Assembly: GCA_963765895.1 (NCBI GenBank)
Contig: CAVXZB010000003.1
Coordinates: 1 to 38,243 of the forward strand
DNA length: 38,243 nt
Source: an uncultured Nitrososphaeraceae archaeon
Lineage (GTDB): Archaea; Thermoproteota; Nitrososphaeria; Nitrososphaerales; Nitrososphaeraceae
Direction of reading: 5' to 3'
A model generated the notes under the pieces. It made no database searches. It was given only the letters and a program-made list of their open reading frames with translations, and had not been told where the DNA came from. A program made the position numbers and the translations under genes. Shown in pieces: positions 33,679 to 38,243 of this stretch. Numbering within the stretch: the stretch's first letter is position 1; each line of letters starts with the position of its first letter.

Positions 33679-34624
33679 AGGGTTGAACATCCAGTATCCA
33701 ATATTAGAGTCAGGAATCACCCTTTCTTATTACTTCTCGTCGCTCGTGAATATACCGCAAATAGAATAATTTAGAAAGCAGGCATAGCTAGTCACGCTCA
33801 TTATACAATAGTATACAATAGTAAAATCACATTTTGAGGAAACACAATATGATATAGGGATTTCTAGTGAGCTAGTAATACCAGATTAGAATCCATGTTC
33901 TAACGGCAAAAAGTAGACCATAATGGAAGTCACTCGCAACAGACTCAACAAGAATAAGATACTGATAAGAGTACTAAGACAACTAGTCAAGTATTGACTG
34001 TTAATTATCTGGCCCCCCACTTGGAACAAACACGGATAAAAAATCCATATGGCTCTATCTACCGTATTGGAGTCAGGTACAGACTCATATTTTCTATAAT
34101 TTATGAATAGCTTATTAAATAGCCTAATTTAGAAATTAGATGAATTATTTACGCTCATTATACGAGACTATACAACACTAAAATTGAATATTTGAAAGGT
34201 TAAGATGGGACGTATTATGAGTCCAGTAGGATGGAGCCTGAATCTTATCCCAACATATTTTCTAGGTATTACCAATTTCCAATTGAGGAATGTTTAAATC
34301 TCAAATATCTCTTCTGGAGATAACAAGGACTATATAAAATATAGTTTCGTTCTTGGACAATTTTACATTACATGACCTCGAATATTTGTCAGATGCTCGC
34401 AAGTTTATACCCTATGCCTAGGACCAGAAGCAATCACAACATTTATGACTTTGAGTAAACTGTTGGATAGAATTGAGAGGGTAATTTATTAATCAAAGGA
34501 GAGGTCGTGACTAATGGCACTATATCTGCCGTTGATTCAAAAAGGAAAGAAAAACAATCCGAATCTGAGAGAAAGGACCAACTTGAAACATATTATTACA
34601 GTTCAAGTGTCTCTAAAAAATCAT

Positions 34625-35816
34625 CTAATATAATTTATCGTAGTCAAATATGTCAAATCCAGTGTTCTTTAGATCATTGTCATTTACACTATGAAAGTCG
34701 ATGGTCGGACTAAAGATCTCGTAAGACATGAATTGTGGGAGTATTTTTGTTTGCCAATCTGATTCCAGTATCTCGTTTGCTGGATACGACTGTAAATACT
34801 GAATTGTGCTTTGATAATTATGCCTGTTGACATATGCTTTTATTCTTTTTACTGTATTCCCACTAAGATGGAATTCTTGCAATTCGTATGGTGTAATGCT
34901 ATCGTCGTAGTATATTTTGCACATAAACCAAAAATAACCGTCATAGTTTCCTCTCGGCGTAACAAATTCTACAGATGACCTCATTCTATTTTTCATCTCC
35001 TTACTCCTATTACTAGTTACTATGGAAATAGACATGAATTTATCAAAGATATGTAAAAATAGTCTATGCAGAAGCTCTTCGAACAAATTAAATATTGACT
35101 TCGCAATCATAGTATATGCAACTTCTTTAGACAAAGTATATTGAATATATCTAGATAAAAAATATGAAGTATTTATCCAAAAAAGTGGCAAAAAGTTTTT
35201 GCCGAAGATGTCCAACTCGTGTAAGGCTTCTGAGAACTTATCCTTATCAGCCAGCTCCTTAAAGATCGTCCAGATTTGTTTATCGAATCTCTCATGATTA
35301 ATTAATATACATATTTTTCGTTTTTCTTCAGAAACATGTTTTAAATTATCAATTAATATAGAGTGGTCAACATGAAACTGCTTATCGAATGGAATCTCGA
35401 CATAATTGTAATCAGGTGTTAGTGAAGGAATTATCTTGTGAATATTGAAAAGAGTATCATCTAGTGAAACGTAGATATTTTCTAATAACTTTTTCATTTT
35501 TTCATTTAGAGGAATTTGTTTGGGTGTTATTTTATACAGTATTGGAATAACAATCTTTTCTTTTCTCTCTTGACACTGCAATGAATATTCAATCTCCTCT
35601 TGTACATATTTGGACTTTACTGATTCTTTGCTCACTAACTATTACTATATCAGATTTGGATAAATCATTAAGAAAAGCTTTAAATTTCACACCAGGTTTT
35701 AGCTCTTTGGTATCAATCCAGATAACATCTATGTATTGAAAATCTCTCAACCAAGAATAAAGTTTCATTGCAAATTCTTTGTCTGCAGAAGAGTGAGATA
35801 TGAAAACTTTGGTCAT
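34625..35816 (-). CDS. TIR-domain protein with an unknown C-terminal domain; frameshift near 35637
   Basis: KVFISHSSADKEFAMKL...WIDTKELKPG...SDIVIV, then SKESVKSKYVQEEIEYS...IVIPILY. Confidence 0.85.
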
Positions 35817-37318
35817 ATTACTTGCCGAAAGTCCAATGATCTACGATAGTTTTTGTCATAAGTACATCTTAAGGTGCTACTTTAATACTTCATATATTTA
35901 AATATGTGGCCAATATAGCCTAATTTAGATAGTTCTACTTATCCACATTAATTAAGACTATATAATACCATTTCGCATTTTTGAAACATACTAACAACCT
36001 TGAAAAAAAATTCAGCAGGTAAAATAGACGGGTTTTTCTTCAGCTCTTTTTTAGCGTCTTACCAGTATTAAGTATGAGGTTTCAAATCACGGGCAGTTAG
36101 ATTAAATGACGTAAAATGCTTAAGGTTAGGTTTTTGGACTGCTAAATAACCTATGGTCCATAATTAGAACAAGTCTATCTCTTCTAGGCGATGTAGGTAG
36201 ACCGACGTCATGTAATTACGGTTACTGATGACTGAATCCAATTAGGTAAAATCACATCTACGCTCTTCTTATAGAGGGAAAAATGCATCAAGAGGTACAG
36301 ACAATTACTGACTTCGAATATACTAACAGGAATAACATACGGTAATGACTATTCTGCTGTTCTTCGGTTTCTTCTCTTTATTATTCTGTCAGATTTAAAT
36401 CCCTCAAATTTTAGTTGAACATGTATAATATATCTTCATATCTAAACAATCAAAACAACCAGGTAATTTATGAAGTATGCATAAAATAGAACCGAGATGA
36501 GATTTAGGAAATAAGGACCAATATGATTGGTTAAAGCTAAATTAGAAACATAAGTTTGAGAGTTAAAGAAAATCTGATAGTAGATTATTGTACCGAGTCA
36601 TAAACCTCTCTACACCCTAAAAACATAGATGTTCACTAGTAAGAAAGGCAGGCAATCTATACCAATGACCATTTGTCTAGTATCAGAATAGGCTCAGTAC
36701 TTTATGGCCATTCTCACAATATCTAGAGAATCTTCCTATAAGAGACGTGAGGTCTGGATTGGGTGACTACCTAGTGTAATAATTTTTCGGCGCCAAAAGA
36801 ATTGTCAAGCTCGCATAACTATTTGTACTTTTGTTGAATTAATAAACTAGGACGCGCAACCCAGGTCCTGCCTTTGCTTTTGTAGTTCTTTAAATCAAGA
36901 ATATTAATTACCTTCTACGAGTATTCTACAAGTCCTAAAAGGTATGAGATTTTCCTCCGGCCCTCGACGAGTGCCAGACTTGTCACAAATAAATATTCAC
37001 AAGCGTAATTTCCATTAACATTTTGGCCGGTTATCAGCTATAAAAAATGTAATTTACTATACGTAAGTTGTCTAGGTCCATTTTTACTAATAATCAATCT
37101 TTACAGAAATCATCACATGGCCATGATTTTTCAATCTTTTGAATTGCAAACCGTTTTGACAAGGCAGCGTTGATCATGTTTTTGAATTTCTCCTAGTATT
37201 TGTAAAGTAGAGAATATATTGCCTTTGTGTAATCCATTACAACAAAGTAACTATATGTAGAATTGATCTATAGCCTGAACTGATTTCTATGATGTTATTT
37301 AAACACCATGCCAGAATC

Positions 37319-38243
37319 GGCTGTGTAGAAACCATTGATACAGTCAAAGCTTTGTAAGAGTATAATACCAATAGTCTATTGAAAGAATCAATGTACGTCA
37401 GACTTGCAGGTATATGTTCCGTGTTTGAACATGCAAGGATTCCTCTATTTTGTAACAGGAAAATAATCCATATTTACAATATCGAGCCATAGTTCTAGTT
37501 GCTATACGACAGTATGAAGGTAAGAATTATAGAATGTTTGTCGAGTGGTTAATTGATGCCATTACCTAAGGCTATTTCTACGGTTGTCACTTTCCTCATT
37601 TTACAACATTGCAAAAGTTTACAGATAGAATCAATAATTCATTGCTTGAAAAGATAATTTCGTCATTCATTGAATAAGTGGTACAAGCATATCTTTGCAG
37701 GAATATTCAAAAGGATCTAAGATAACTCATGCATCACAATATTATACTGATCGAACAGAATTGAGAAGAAAATATGCGAAATTATCTATTGGAGTAGATG
37801 TATTACAACAAATCATATGTACAATTAAGATAAGACGAGCTCCCAACAAGGCATGATAATGTAGATTTCAGGCCAATTATAACAAGGACATCAAATATTC
37901 TTCCATTATCTGTAGTTACAGCTGATAAGGGTTACGATAGTGAAGATAATCACCTTCTCGTAAGAGAGGACTTACATGCATTCAGTATTATTCCTGCTCG
38001 ATATGAACATGTTCCCATGTGGAGAACACATGGTAAGGAAGAAAGCAGATGAAGCGTGGTTACTCCAAATTGCTGTATAATCAACTAAACAAAGATGAGA
38101 ACATAATTCAGTTATAAAACGACTATTTGGAGAGAATCTTATGTCTAGATTGACTAGAATGCAGACAGAGAGTAATCATTTAGATGTATCACCTACAATA
38201 TGCATAGACTGACTAATCTTGTAATATTGATGTGTTTTCTACA
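37319..38243 (+). mobile_element. IS5-family insertion sequence; right end cut by the window
   Basis: Left end GGCTGTGTAGAAACC. The window ends with TTTCTACA, the inverted match to TGTAGAAA (37324-37331). Confidence 0.75.
37391..38243 (+). pseudogene. IS5-family DDE transposase pseudogene
   Basis: PHFTTLQKF, YAKLSIGVD, RHDNVDF, VTADKGYDSEDNH, SIIPAR and SVIKRLFGE, with many frameshifts. Confidence 0.85.

Larger units (their letters stand above)
27590..35850. mobile_element. Integrated MCM-type plasmid/virus-like element; ends approximate, att sites not found
   Basis: Integrase, divergent small RHH/Zn-finger genes, palindrome-rich intergenic region, coupled Zn-finger and MCM operon, iteron-like repeats and TIR cargo. 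Confidence 0.65.

Overview
AT-rich archaeal DNA whose gene repertoire and protein styles suggest a soil ammonia-oxidising archaeon (Nitrososphaeraceae-like; this is inference). Layout: (1) 1-3.9 kb: secreted hypotheticals and two decayed polysaccharide deacetylase genes. (2) 4.4-27.6 kb: a stress/energy-sensing island with 3 universal stress proteins, 6 CBS-domain genes (one broken, one fused to a C2H2 finger), a bacterial-type class I GAPDH, a GpgS-like glycosyltransferase, RHH and winged-helix regulators, a decayed Zn-ADH, a decayed Rv2004c-like kinase, a three-gene acyl-CoA carboxylase, OsmC and a quinone oxidoreductase. Many promoters here carry a shared palindromic TGCA-n-TGCA-n-TGCA box, suggesting an undescribed archaeal hypoxia/dormancy-like regulon. 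(3) 27.6-35.8 kb: an integrated MCM-type element with a tyrosine integrase, small RHH and Zn-finger genes, a palindrome-rich control region, an MCM helicase with 9-bp iteron-like arrays in its 3' end, and a TIR-domain cargo gene. (4) 37.3 kb to the end: a decayed IS5-family element. Many frameshifts look like long-read errors; several fall at GCGAGC sites that revert to GCAGC, hinting at host GCWGC methylation.
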